Shown: piece after piece, positions 31,037 through 41,516 of the stretch
How the letters are laid out: each line of letters starts with the position of its first letter
Position numbering within the stretch: position 1 is the first letter of the stretch
NCBI GenBank assembly: GCA_964496905.1
Contig: CAZCAQ010000003.1
Span: 1,701-65,700 of the forward strand
Direction: 5' to 3'
Length of the DNA stretch: 64,000 nucleotides
Origin: an uncultured Candidatus Saccharibacteria bacterium
Lineage (GTDB): Bacteria > Patescibacteriota > WWE3 > UBA101185 > UBA10185
Notes under the pieces: generated by a model
What the model was told of the DNA's origin: nothing
The model's input: only the letters and a program-made list of their open reading frames with translations
Database searches by the model: none
Program-made: the position numbers and the translations under genes

Positions 31037-31786
31037 TTGACAATGATTAGTAAAACAAGATGGAAAGAAGCTCAAGAGTTTGAACTTAATGATTGGAAAA
31101 ATGAGGCTGATATTATGCAAAAAGAGTGGGATGAAGCTTTTAAAAAATTTAACGCTTATTTTGGCGAACTTGAACAAAAGCTTGGCGTTACAGAAAATTG
31201 GAAAATTTTAGATATTGGTTGCAATGTAACATGTGTTTCTCGCATGATAAAAGAAGGCGAACATATTGGCGTTGAACCATTGGCCGATGCACTGGACTTA
31301 AACTCTAAAGTTGAAGGCATAACAATTCATAATGGAATGGGTGAAGATATGCCATTTTTAACTACTGGCTCTATAGACCTTGCCATTTGTAGAAATGTAA
31401 TTGATCATACGCATGTTCCTGAAAAAGTCATAGATGAGGTTGTTCGTGTTTTAAAGCCTGAGGGGTACTTTTTTCTTGCGTGCTATGTTTATAATCCTTT
31501 TATAACTTTTGTAAAAAACTTTGGTGAGGCCGTTAAGATTTTGCGAAATGTGGGACACCCTCACACTTACACAATGGAAACTTTAGAAGATCTTGTTAAT
31601 AAAGACTTTAAAATAATAGATCGAAAAGTTATTTACGAAGGAGTAGATCCAAACGATTTTGGTAAAATTGATGAAAACAAAGGCAATTTATCAGCAATTC
31701 AAAAATCGGTAATGTTTGTAAACGACAAAGTATTGCGGAATAAGTGGTTTGTAAGAGAATACTCCCTACTCTGTCAAAGAATATGA
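31037..31786 (+). CDS. Class I SAM-dependent methyltransferase (3 of 3)
   Basis: ILDIGCNVTC motif I variant; VLKPEGYFF motif III. Confidence 0.6.
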   Translation: MTMISKTRWKEAQEFELNDWKNEADIMQKEWDEAFKKFNAYFGELEQKLGVTENWKILDIGCNVTCVSRMIKEGEHIGVEPLADALDLNSKVEGITIHNGMGEDMPFLTTGSIDLAICRNVIDHTHVPEKVIDEVVRVLKPEGYFFLACYVYNPFITFVKNFGEAVKILRNVGHPHTYTMETLEDLVNKDFKIIDRKVIYEGVDPNDFGKIDENKGNLSAIQKSVMFVNDKVLRNKWFVREYSLLCQRI

Positions 31787-32973
31787 AATCGGTTCTTTTT
31801 TTGTTTGCGCAACTTCTTGATTCTTCAGCAGCCGCAAGTGGCGGAGATGTGCTGAGCAAAAAAATCGTAGATTACATGTCACAAGACTCTGACTTTAAAG
31901 TCGAGCTTATTGTGCCAAAAGTAGCACAAACCAGTTTTTCATTGCAAAATGCTCAAATTTGGCCTATTGGGGAGTCTTACCTTGAAAAGCGGTTTTATAA
32001 TTTTAATAAAATTTGGCAAATTTTGCCTTTGTACGTAGCTAGAGCCGTTGAAGCACTTCAAACAATCAACAAACTTTCGGTAGATATAGTGGTAACAACT
32101 GGAGATTTTTTTTGCAATGTTATTCCAGCTTGGTTTTATAAGGTAAAGCATAGTAATACACAGTGGGTAGCTTATGTTTATCATGTTAATTCAAACCCTT
32201 TTACACGGAAAAACTATTTTTTTCGCAGTCTAGTTTCTTATTGCATACAGCGCATCAGCTTTGTCTTTATTGTAAACAGAGCAGATGTGCTTTTTGTGTT
32301 GAACAAAGCCGTTTTTGATTATTTTAAAAAAAGAGGCTATAAAGGCGAATTAATAATTTCCGGAGCTGGAATCGATGTTGCTGCTATTAGTCTAGAAATT
32401 AAAAATATAGGTCAACAGAAAAAAGAAAATAAAATAGTCTTTTTAGGTCGGGTTAATCCTTCTAAAGGAGTTTTTGATCTTCCAGCCATTATGGAGCAAC
32501 TACTACTTAAAAACCCGGCGCTTAAGCTTGATATAATCGGTACTTCGGATAGTGAAACTAAAGCAAAGCTCGAACAGGCATTTGTCGATAAAAGGTGCCT
32601 TACGAAAGTGACTTTTCACGGTTTTTTGCCTAGACCCGACGTTCTGCGCTTAGTTAGCACTGCGCAGGTATTTACATTTCCGTCATATGAGGAAGGGTGG
32701 GGAATAGTGCTATTTGAGAGTATACTTGCGGGTACAATTCCAGTTGTATACGACTTGCCTGTATTTAAAGAACTATTTGCAGACGCTATAAGCTCGGCAC
32801 CGGTAGGAGATATTCAAGTCTTTTCTACAAAAGTTGATGAGGTATTACTATATGAGTCCTCTACATATGGTAGCAAGCTTGATGATTTAATAAAAATTGT
32901 AGAAAAACACGACATGTTACAAGTATATGAAACACAAAAAAAAGTACTACTTAAACTAAAGTCTAACGCTTAA
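31783..32973 (+). CDS. GT4-family glycosyltransferase
   Basis: EGWGIVLFESILAGTIPVV. The start was moved to the ATG at 31783 (MKSVLFLF), which gives the typical ATGA overlap with the upstream stop. The ORF track begins at a GTG at 31744, inside the previous gene. Confidence 0.7.
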   Translation: MKSVLFLFAQLLDSSAAASGGDVLSKKIVDYMSQDSDFKVELIVPKVAQTSFSLQNAQIWPIGESYLEKRFYNFNKIWQILPLYVARAVEALQTINKLSVDIVVTTGDFFCNVIPAWFYKVKHSNTQWVAYVYHVNSNPFTRKNYFFRSLVSYCIQRISFVFIVNRADVLFVLNKAVFDYFKKRGYKGELIISGAGIDVAAISLEIKNIGQQKKENKIVFLGRVNPSKGVFDLPAIMEQLLLKNPALKLDIIGTSDSETKAKLEQAFVDKRCLTKVTFHGFLPRPDVLRLVSTAQVFTFPSYEEGWGIVLFESILAGTIPVVYDLPVFKELFADAISSAPVGDIQVFSTKVDEVLLYESSTYGSKLDDLIKIVEKHDMLQVYETQKKVLLKLKSNA

Positions 32974-32976
32974 CTT

Positions 32977-35900
32977 ATGAAACAAACCATTATTAAATAT
33001 ACAAAAACAATAGTAGTGCCTCTTTTACTTTATAGTGCAGTAACTTTCTTTCTGCTACATAAAACACTTTTATCAGAAGGAATAATCACGGGCAGTGATT
33101 GGGCAATTCCAGCTACTTCACTACAAGCTGAAAATTACTTTTATAGCAGTTTTTCTACTTGGACAACATTAGGTGGACTTGCTGGCGGATTTAAATCTTT
33201 TTTGACCGACATACCAGTAAGCACTTTCTTTTTTGCTTTAAGCAAGGCTGGGTTTTCTGGAGCTGCAATTTCCAAGATCTTTTTATCAGTAACTTATGTC
33301 ATGGCAGGTTTAGGTATGTATTACCATTTAAGGTATCAAAAGCTAGGTTATGGTATGGCCTTTTTAGGTGGTTTATTGTACATAACTGCTCCATTTTTTT
33401 TTAATTTTACAGTAATAGGTTGGATTTACGCCTTGCTGGGCATGGCATTATTTCCAGTTTATTTAACTGTCCTAGATAAGTCAGTTCGCGAGAAAAAGTT
33501 ATATTTGGCTGTAGCTGCTGGTTTAATTTTTACATTGGCTATGGTTCAATCCACATCTTTATTGTGGTTTAGCGTTGGGACAGGTTCTTTGATGCTTAGT
33601 TATATTAGTGACAGAGTTCAAATTAAAAATTATATAAATTCACTTTTGTGCGTCGGAGTTGTGTTAGTTATTACAAACATATTTTGGTTAGTTAATATTT
33701 TTGGTGATGCAACAGTTACAGGGTCGTCAAATGTGTTAAGTAGTGTAAGTACAGGCACGTGGTCTCGGTTATCAGTTCTTAACATCATTAGGGGTTGGGG
33801 CACATTGTTTAACTATTCTTTCGAAAGTGCATTCGAAAAATCTTTAGTGGCTTTCTCGTTTGTTATGCCTATAGTGTTAGCAGCATATTCATATTTTGTA
33901 AAAGAAGGGCTTAAGATCAAAAAACTTACATATTTAACACTATATCTATTCCCGATTGTATTATTTTTTCTAGGACAAGGTGTTGTATCTAGTATTCCAT
34001 TCGGTAATGTTTTTAGAGATGGGGGAAGAATTTCAGTCACAAGCACTTTTAGCTTAGTTGCATTATCTGTATTGGGATTAAATTATCTTAAAAAAAACAA
34101 GTATTACGGACTTTTTCTTGTGCTGTTAGTGTGCCTGTTAATTAACATGCATCCATTTTTGCGAGGTGACATTTGGAAAGATCAAGAGTACGAAAGTGAT
34201 ATTAGACTACGTACGTACGAATATAATAAAGAGTATGACAAGGTTGAGGCCTACTTAGCTCAAGATGGAAAAACATCCAAGGCTTTATATTTTCCAATTA
34301 CATCGTCTATAGAGGATTTCTCTGACAATGACTTTAGAGGCACTTACAAAGAAATGGCATATTTATATGCAAACATGGCTCCGGTACCAGGTAGCGTTTA
34401 TATATCAGACAAGGAAAAAGATGGTATAAATGGTTTTTACCGGTCCCTCTCTGATGAGATTAAGTGGAATTTTGACAAAGTAGAGCCAACTATTTTCGAC
34501 ATGGTGAATTTTAAGTATTTAGTGTTCTATAAAAAATCCATGGTTGCTACTGATTGGGAAGTTTACTCCAAAGTACAAAAAAGTGAGAATTTTGAAGACA
34601 TAACGACAAAGATTCTAGGTGCAGATCACGATGCAATAGCCGTGTTTAAAATTAAAACACCCAGTCAAGAAATTACAAGTCCAAAAAGTGTGTATATTAC
34701 TAATTCCTCTATAACAAAAGATATTCAGATGCAAACATTAATTAAGAAAAATGGGGTTGCTTTATTTCACCCAACACCCCCAATAAAATCAACAAGTGGC
34801 CTAGATATTGTTGAGGCCGAAAGAATTGATGACTACAAATTACTTAACTACACAAAAAAGGCTACTGACATTTGGGGTTGGCCCAGCGTAAACAACGTCC
34901 CTGGAACTTTTAAATATAGATTAGTCTTAACAAAAGAAAGAATTAATGAGTTTAAAGCTGAAGACGGCTTCGATAAAGTCGATGCTTTGTTGTGGCATGC
35001 GCTAAAAAGAACACAGGAGATACAAAAATATCAAAACACAGATCACACTCAACAATTTGAATCTTTTTCGAATAAGTACGAACAAATTAAGACTGAACTG
35101 GGAACAATTCCAGTTACTGAACGTAAACAACCCTTTTATTCTTCAGTAAATAAGGTTGGATTTTATTTAAAAGAACTTCAGAATATTCAAGGTTTTGAAA
35201 ATTATTTTAAAGATTATAAAGTATTTGTGAATGGGCTTAACTTAATTACTTGCGAGGGTATATGTTATGAAAAAAATATTGATTCCAAGACTACAGTTCC
35301 TATTTTTATTGACGAAACAGAAATTACTACACAGCAGCTTGTTTTTGCAAAAGACACAATTGTATTGAATCACATTGAAGAAATTTTAGTAACAGATGAG
35401 GATTACAAAGCTAGTGGCACCTTTATAAAAGATTTTGGCGAGAAGAACAATCTGTTTAGTTATGTAAATATTGCCGAGAGAATTGTATCCTCAGATATTT
35501 TTAAGAACTTATATATATCCCTAGTGGGCGCAAAGATAGTCGAGTTACCAAGTCTTACCAAAGGCAAAACCTATAGAGTTGATTTTGACTACTATACTTC
35601 TGCAACGCCGATTAAGATCGTATTTATTGAGGATCTCTTAATTGCTAAAGAGGACTTTGATGTCAAAAATGGCAAAAATAATTTTAGCTACCAACCTGTT
35701 GTTACTTCTATGACATCAATCTCTCCGGAAGATCTTGATTCTAGAGACGCTGAAAAACTAGCTCATTTTACAGCAAGGTTCGAGCCCACAGCAATGTCAA
35801 AAAGAACATATTTGTTTATATCTGATGGCATAAATAAAACAAATGCCAGTGAGCAAAAAATTCTAAATTTTAAAGTGACAAAAGAAGATAACGGAAGGCT

Positions 35901-36306
35901 CTTTTTAGCAAAAAAAGAGCCAGAAAAAGCTGTCACACAGCAAACCATAAAGTTTGATAAGCAATCACGTACGCGGTATATAGGCAGAATAGAAAAGCCC
36001 TCAGGGAATTTTGCAATAATCTTAAAGCAAAGGTTCCACCCTGGTTGGGAACTTAAATTACTAAATAAAGTACCTGGTCGTAAATCAGTGACCCCCAAAC
36101 ATTATGCCGCAAATGGATATGCAAACGGTTGGATTGTTGATAGCTCTAGTTTTACAAAAAACGAACCACTAAATTTTGTAATAGAATTTAAGCCTCAGCG
36201 TAAAACCGAAGTTTTGATGGTTATTTCAGGGTTGTTTATTGTTGCTTTTATTTATATAGTTTTAAAGGGTATTTATTTAGACTCTAAAAAGCCAAGTACT
36301 AAATGA
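32977..36306 (+). CDS. Very large (1109 aa) membrane protein: N-terminal polytopic GT-C-like domain, about 650-aa extracytoplasmic region, C-terminal TM anchor
   Basis: Hydropathy only. Architecture reminiscent of AftD/Emb-type arabinosyltransferase layouts, but no diagnostic motif was recognised. Confidence 0.5.
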   Translation: MKQTIIKYTKTIVVPLLLYSAVTFFLLHKTLLSEGIITGSDWAIPATSLQAENYFYSSFSTWTTLGGLAGGFKSFLTDIPVSTFFFALSKAGFSGAAISKIFLSVTYVMAGLGMYYHLRYQKLGYGMAFLGGLLYITAPFFFNFTVIGWIYALLGMALFPVYLTVLDKSVREKKLYLAVAAGLIFTLAMVQSTSLLWFSVGTGSLMLSYISDRVQIKNYINSLLCVGVVLVITNIFWLVNIFGDATVTGSSNVLSSVSTGTWSRLSVLNIIRGWGTLFNYSFESAFEKSLVAFSFVMPIVLAAYSYFVKEGLKIKKLTYLTLYLFPIVLFFLGQGVVSSIPFGNVFRDGGRISVTSTFSLVALSVLGLNYLKKNKYYGLFLVLLVCLLINMHPFLRGDIWKDQEYESDIRLRTYEYNKEYDKVEAYLAQDGKTSKALYFPITSSIEDFSDNDFRGTYKEMAYLYANMAPVPGSVYISDKEKDGINGFYRSLSDEIKWNFDKVEPTIFDMVNFKYLVFYKKSMVATDWEVYSKVQKSENFEDITTKILGADHDAIAVFKIKTPSQEITSPKSVYITNSSITKDIQMQTLIKKNGVALFHPTPPIKSTSGLDIVEAERIDDYKLLNYTKKATDIWGWPSVNNVPGTFKYRLVLTKERINEFKAEDGFDKVDALLWHALKRTQEIQKYQNTDHTQQFESFSNKYEQIKTELGTIPVTERKQPFYSSVNKVGFYLKELQNIQGFENYFKDYKVFVNGLNLITCEGICYEKNIDSKTTVPIFIDETEITTQQLVFAKDTIVLNHIEEILVTDEDYKASGTFIKDFGEKNNLFSYVNIAERIVSSDIFKNLYISLVGAKIVELPSLTKGKTYRVDFDYYTSATPIKIVFIEDLLIAKEDFDVKNGKNNFSYQPVVTSMTSISPEDLDSRDAEKLAHFTARFEPTAMSKRTYLFISDGINKTNASEQKILNFKVTKEDNGRLFLAKKEPEKAVTQQTIKFDKQSRTRYIGRIEKPSGNFAIILKQRFHPGWELKLLNKVPGRKSVTPKHYAANGYANGWIVDSSSFTKNEPLNFVIEFKPQRKTEVLMVISGLFIVAFIYIVLKGIYLDSKKPSTK

Positions 36307-37907
36307 TTATATTAGGTGGTTTAGGTGATCAAATCACAACTTTAGTTTGGGGAACCGTTTCTAAGCCTTTTTTTTCATTTTTAAATTCAGGCTTTGCCGA
36401 ATTCCCACAATATGAAAAATTATTTTGGGATTTTTTGCACCCCTTGCAATCAAACCAGCCTTTAACTTGGTTCTTATACTCTGTACTAATTTCTATTCTT
36501 GGCGCAGGCGGTTATAACTTAATTTTACTTATCAATTTGTTATTAAGTTTTGTATGCGCCTTAGTATTGTTTCGCAAATACAGGTTCTCTTTTGTTTATG
36601 CAGCCATTTTCACCTTTTCTGGCTATATGTGGTCACATTTAGGTTTACATCCAGACTTGATTCAACTATGGCCGATTCCGCTATATTTGTATTTTTTGCT
36701 TGAAAAGCAGAATATGTCAGATTTAAAAAAAAGTATTGTTTTAGCTATGCTAGCTTCGCTGACGCTTGCTTTGTCTAATTACTATGGTTATTTTTTGCTA
36801 ATAACTACAGTTTTCTATGCTGTTATTTGTTTATTTACACTGTTACTCCAAAAAAACAAACTCTCGCTCAATCAAGTACGTAATGCGTTAATTTGGGTTG
36901 GTATAGTACTAGTCTTAAGTTCTACTTTTTTGTATCCCTATATCTCGGCAAACTATTTAACAAAAACAGAGAAGGTAACATTAAACACGCGATTAGCTCT
37001 TGATCGCCCGTATGCGGATTTTTTTACATTTAGTTCAAGACCTTGGTATTTTTTTATTCCATCGCCAAACAATCCTGTATATGGAAATTTATCTGAAAAT
37101 GTATTAACCAAGCTTAAAGATACAAACTATTTTTTGGCAGATGATTACTTTACAGCTGAACATGGTGCAAATTTTTTTGGGTTTATGTTTTTGACTTCAG
37201 TTTTGCTGAGTAGCGTTTTTATGTTTATTAAGACCAAAGGGGATGCGCGTGTAAAGATTGCCCAATTATTCATTTTGCTGTTCTTCCTCTTTTTGTATAT
37301 GCTTCCTCCATTTTTTACTCTTTCTGGAATAAAAATTTATACTCCAGGCCACTTAGCATTTACATATTTCCCCATGTTTAGGGTAACGGCGCGGATTTCT
37401 ATAATAATTTTGCCCATATTACTGCTAATTCTGGCAACAAACATAAACTACATCTGGCTCCATTTTGAGCGGTGGAGGAAATCACTAAAAGTAGCCATGG
37501 TTGCTATGCTACTAGTAACATTGATAGAAGTTTTTAGTATGCCTCCATTACCATCAGCACCTAGTGTCCCAGAGGTTTATACATTTCTCAATAAACATAG
37601 TGACACACGGGCAACCTTTTTTGTTTACCCCTATTCCAAAACCCAAGAGGCGCTGTATTTTTTAAGTGAACATGAAAGATTTTTACTCAATCCTCGTGAT
37701 TACAATTCTGCACAAGTTGCTTCCGAACACATTACTCTAAGATTTGCATCTGATGGTGGGTATGAAGATGTATTAAAATTAAACCCAGACTATATTGTTG
37801 TATTTAAAAACATATCACCTAAGGAAAAAGCAAAAATACTTTCAAGTAAGGAGTTTGAACTTGAACAAGAATTTTCGGATGCATATTTACTAAAAGTTGT
37901 AGAATAA
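36303..37907 (+). CDS. Polytopic membrane protein (GT-C-like), unknown specificity
   Basis: 534 aa with about 12 TM helices and a soluble C-terminus. 4-bp overlap with the upstream gene. Confidence 0.5.
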   Translation: MIILGGLGDQITTLVWGTVSKPFFSFLNSGFAEFPQYEKLFWDFLHPLQSNQPLTWFLYSVLISILGAGGYNLILLINLLLSFVCALVLFRKYRFSFVYAAIFTFSGYMWSHLGLHPDLIQLWPIPLYLYFLLEKQNMSDLKKSIVLAMLASLTLALSNYYGYFLLITTVFYAVICLFTLLLQKNKLSLNQVRNALIWVGIVLVLSSTFLYPYISANYLTKTEKVTLNTRLALDRPYADFFTFSSRPWYFFIPSPNNPVYGNLSENVLTKLKDTNYFLADDYFTAEHGANFFGFMFLTSVLLSSVFMFIKTKGDARVKIAQLFILLFFLFLYMLPPFFTLSGIKIYTPGHLAFTYFPMFRVTARISIIILPILLLILATNINYIWLHFERWRKSLKVAMVAMLLVTLIEVFSMPPLPSAPSVPEVYTFLNKHSDTRATFFVYPYSKTQEALYFLSEHERFLLNPRDYNSAQVASEHITLRFASDGGYEDVLKLNPDYIVVFKNISPKEKAKILSSKEFELEQEFSDAYLLKVVE

Positions 37908-37911
37908 ACAT

Positions 37912-39354
37912 ATGAAGAATTTTATGTTAATTTTTTTGAGCGGTTTTTTAGTTTATTTTGGCTCATTCATGTTTGTCTATTTTTCTGGACTTAACACTTT
38001 GCCAATTCAATCCGAAGATACAGTGCCCGCAATGTTTATTCCAGTTACTTTGCTAAAAGAAGGCACTTTTTATGCTGATACATACTACGATATGATGCTT
38101 GATCGGTATCCGCATCCTGATGATAGAAATGGAAAGGATGGGCTAGTTCCGTTTTATATTAAACGCATCCAAAGTAACGAAAGCGCACCTTGCCAAAAGC
38201 TTCCCGCTGGTATGACCGCGACTTGTTTTAAAACGCACTACGTCACCGCATTCACACTAACACCGGGAATACTTGCAACTCCTGTTTATTTGCCTGCACT
38301 GCTAGCTGGTATGCAGATTACTTGGGAAAATCTCATACTGTTATCACACATGGCTGCAGCTTTAATAATGTCATTTTCCGGGGGTTTTATGTACATTCTG
38401 CTTAAAAAGCATTTTTTTCCGCAACCCGATCAAGACAAAAAAGCGATCTTTTTAACCTCAATTTATCTTTTTGCCACAGTTAACTTTGCTATGCTTTCAC
38501 AGTCTTTGTGGCAACACGGAGCATTGCAGCTGTTTACAATTGCGGGGCTGATATTTTTGTTAAATGCGCTAAAAAACCAAAAACCTGCTCATTTTGCACT
38601 TTTTGGATTCTTTTTGTCGCTAGCAGTAATTACGCGTCCAACTGCGGCATTGTTTGCAGTTTTGTTATATTTACTAATTCCGCTCACACTAAAAAAGCAA
38701 GGCATAAAACCCACTATTTACACTTTTTTGGGAGTTTTGCCTGTTGTAGCATTTTTTGTTTGGTACACGCTTGTATATTACGGAGGTTTTTCAAATAATG
38801 GATACGCTTCGCAAATGGGGAACAGCTGGATCTCTCCACTTTGGGAGGGCTTTTTGGGCATTTGGGTGTCTCCTAGCAAAGGCATTTTGATTTACTCGCC
38901 TGTTTTGTTCTTTTCACTAGTTGGCGCATATAAAGCCTTTAAAAACAAATCTTTGGAAAATCGGCCACTTTTTTTGCTCAGCGTCGTAATCATCGTTTTG
39001 CACACTTTAGTAATGGGGAAGTGGAAACACTGGTTTGGAGGTTTTTCTTTTGGTTACCGCCTAGCGAGCGATGTTTTGCCATTTTTTATAATTTTGCTCG
39101 CTTCCTATGTTTTGTCTGATTTGTATGCGCGCACCCGCAAAGTGTTTTATGTATTATTTGCGTTTTCAGTTGGAGTTCAGCTGATGGGAATGGTGTTTTT
39201 TGATGGAATTTGGCACAACGCTTACGATATGGGTTTTAAGGATACTCGCTGGCTTTGGTCGTTGCAGGATTCCGAGGCTGCTTTTAATGTTCGTCGGGTG
39301 TTAGTGAAGTCAGGGTATCTGGAGCGAGCGTGTCCGGAGTGTCTGCCGAATTAG
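37912..39354 (+). CDS. Polytopic membrane protein (GT-C-like), unknown specificity
   Basis: 480 aa, multi-TM. The last about 25 codons are GC-rich and overlap the 3' end of the convergent gene. Confidence 0.5.
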   Translation: MKNFMLIFLSGFLVYFGSFMFVYFSGLNTLPIQSEDTVPAMFIPVTLLKEGTFYADTYYDMMLDRYPHPDDRNGKDGLVPFYIKRIQSNESAPCQKLPAGMTATCFKTHYVTAFTLTPGILATPVYLPALLAGMQITWENLILLSHMAAALIMSFSGGFMYILLKKHFFPQPDQDKKAIFLTSIYLFATVNFAMLSQSLWQHGALQLFTIAGLIFLLNALKNQKPAHFALFGFFLSLAVITRPTAALFAVLLYLLIPLTLKKQGIKPTIYTFLGVLPVVAFFVWYTLVYYGGFSNNGYASQMGNSWISPLWEGFLGIWVSPSKGILIYSPVLFFSLVGAYKAFKNKSLENRPLFLLSVVIIVLHTLVMGKWKHWFGGFSFGYRLASDVLPFFIILLASYVLSDLYARTRKVFYVLFAFSVGVQLMGMVFFDGIWHNAYDMGFKDTRWLWSLQDSEAAFNVRRVLVKSGYLERACPECLPN

Positions 39355-40372
39355 TTTGCAATTTTTCAAATAGTAACTTTGCAGCTTCAACTGCTTTGGT
39401 ATGTTTAGCGTCTACTTTTTTCCTAAATTTTGTATCAGTAAATCTCTTCCTGAGTAAATCCTTATTAGAAGTAACATCATGAAAGGCATCCCCAATATAG
39501 TCCAATAAGTTTCCGTCGTTAATTTTGTCTGCGGCTTCCAGATCTCCACTTAGTAGTGCAAGAGTAGAAAAACAATACAGCGTATCTCTTACTTCTTGCT
39601 TCTCGTAATCATGTTCTTTGCTTATATTAACGATTATTGTAGATATTGTGAAATAAGTGAGCAGTGCTTCCCAAATATAATCTGGTGCATCATTCCTAAT
39701 TGAACTACAGAATGCTTCAACATGTGCTTGCATTTCTTGCGCATATCTTAAGTCAAAAAGAGTCTTTTGGATTTGATCTACTAAGTCATTGTTTTCTTCC
39801 GTTTTTCTCGCCGCATCTCGTACAGCAGACAGCCTATGCTCAACTGTAGCTGAGCCTAACTTCTGCTCTTGCATTCTGTGAACTGCCTCGTGTGTCAGAT
39901 TATATCTTCTGAATTCCTCCAACCCCTCCCCTCGACTTAGGTCCAAAAGTGATCGTAGATACTCTCTGTATATTGGATGTGCATTTGAGAGCTTGTCAAA
40001 ATTAGCTTCATTAAAGGTTTGATACTGCTTTAATAATTCTGAGGATAGTTGTTCTGGTGTAGCACTAATTAAAAAATATGGGTTCTCCTCTGTTCCAATA
40101 ATGACACCTTCAAAATCGTTTGGGTCATGAAATTTCCACCTTGTGAAACTTCCATAAGTGCCTTTAGCTACCGAGGCATCGCTTAAGTTTGCATGTAATG
40201 TTCTATCTGCAACTTCAATTGATTCAGGTGAAACGGTGGCAATAGTTTGAATGGTGTCACTCACTCTAGTATTATAAGATTGGCGTAAGCAATGCACAAT
40301 CAAGTTAAATACAACATCATATGCCTCTCCAACCAGCTGTGGGATTTTCCCAATTGGACAAACAAGCGCCAC
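39284..40372 (-). CDS. Hypothetical soluble protein with an HExxH motif (LTHEAVHRMQE) and a low-complexity Thr/Pro/Asp tail
   Basis: The only minus-strand ORF inside the 45-kb plus-strand locus. 362 aa, no TM helices. Its 5' and 3' ends both overlap neighbouring ORFs, so the start is uncertain. Confidence 0.4.
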   Translation of the reverse strand: MALVCPIGKIPQLVGEAYDVVFNLIVHCLRQSYNTRVSDTIQTIATVSPESIEVADRTLHANLSDASVAKGTYGSFTRWKFHDPNDFEGVIIGTEENPYFLISATPEQLSSELLKQYQTFNEANFDKLSNAHPIYREYLRSLLDLSRGEGLEEFRRYNLTHEAVHRMQEQKLGSATVEHRLSAVRDAARKTEENNDLVDQIQKTLFDLRYAQEMQAHVEAFCSSIRNDAPDYIWEALLTYFTISTIIVNISKEHDYEKQEVRDTLYCFSTLALLSGDLEAADKINDGNLLDYIGDAFHDVTSNKDLLRKRFTDTKFRKKVDAKHTKAVEAAKLLFEKLQTNSADTPDTLAPDTLTSLTPDEH

Positions 40373-41509
40373 TCAATGTCGCGACTTGCTGCGCTTGGGC
40401 ATAACGTTCTTTTTGTTGATCCGCCCATTAATGCGGGCCGCGTGCTTTACAATCAAGTAAAGCGAAATAATTGGAATGCATACCGGCTTGTGACGCAAGT
40501 TAAAAAAGATGCGGAATCTGGGGCAAATGTATACACACCAATAAACTTGGCGCCGTTTCCACAAATAACTTCTAAACTTCATGCAAAAAGAATCAACAAA
40601 TTAGCGAAAAAGCTTTTTGATCCAAATCTCAAAACACTTCTTTGGGTTTATCATGTGCAAATTCCAGAGCTTGCCCATTATCTGGACACATTGCATCACG
40701 ATTTTTTAATTTACGACTGCGTTGATAATTATTCCGGCTTTCCCAATGTGAAAAATCCGCTTAAGGCTTCGGTTTCAAGTTCTCAAATTAGTGAGATAGA
40801 GCAAATGCTCACTACCAAGGCAAATTTAGTCTTTGCAACGGCTCCTGGACTTTACGATAAACTCCAGAAATATAACAAAAACGTGTATTTTACTCCAAAT
40901 GTAGGGGATTACGAAAAATTTAAAAATGCTCGTCAATTAAAGGATCAAACGCCAGATGAGATTAAAGCAATAAAACGGCCTCGAATTGGTTTTACGGGTG
41001 CGCTGGATGATTACAAGTTTGATTACGATTTAATGCGGAAAATTGCAACTGATCATCCAAACTATCAATTTATATTAATTGGTCCTATGGCACTAAAAGA
41101 CCGCGAAGCCAGCGATACTATAGAAAAATTTAAAGACCTGCCAAACATTCATGCGCTAGGTTCTCGCGATTTTAAACAAATCCACCTTTATTTTGCAGGC
41201 TTTGATGCTTTTATGATTCCATACGTTTTAAACGACTATACGGTTGGTGGATGTTTTCCCATGAAATTCCACGAATCCCTAGCTGCTGGTTTTCCAACAA
41301 TTGTCACTGATTTACCAGCTTACTTGCCGTTTGCAGATGTAGCTTATATTTCTAAAACTTACGATGAGTTTTCTCAAAACCTTAAAAAAGCGCTAGAAGA
41401 AGATACTCCTGAGCGTATAAAAGCTCGCCAAGCGGTGGCTAAAGAGAACAACTGGGAAGGTAAAGTTCAAAAGCTTTTATCCCTCATAAACCAACATATT
41501 ACTGTATAA
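40292..41509 (+). CDS. GT-B fold glycosyltransferase (GT1/GT4-like)
   Basis: N-terminal beta-strand YNIICLSNQLWDFP...HNVLFVDPP. C-terminal FPMKFHESLAAGFPTIVTDLP. An alternative ATG at 40376 would remove the overlap with the divergent ORF. Confidence 0.65.
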   Translation: MHNQVKYNIICLSNQLWDFPNWTNKRHSMSRLAALGHNVLFVDPPINAGRVLYNQVKRNNWNAYRLVTQVKKDAESGANVYTPINLAPFPQITSKLHAKRINKLAKKLFDPNLKTLLWVYHVQIPELAHYLDTLHHDFLIYDCVDNYSGFPNVKNPLKASVSSSQISEIEQMLTTKANLVFATAPGLYDKLQKYNKNVYFTPNVGDYEKFKNARQLKDQTPDEIKAIKRPRIGFTGALDDYKFDYDLMRKIATDHPNYQFILIGPMALKDREASDTIEKFKDLPNIHALGSRDFKQIHLYFAGFDAFMIPYVLNDYTVGGCFPMKFHESLAAGFPTIVTDLPAYLPFADVAYISKTYDEFSQNLKKALEEDTPERIKARQAVAKENNWEGKVQKLLSLINQHITV

Positions 41510-41516
41510 TTCCCAT

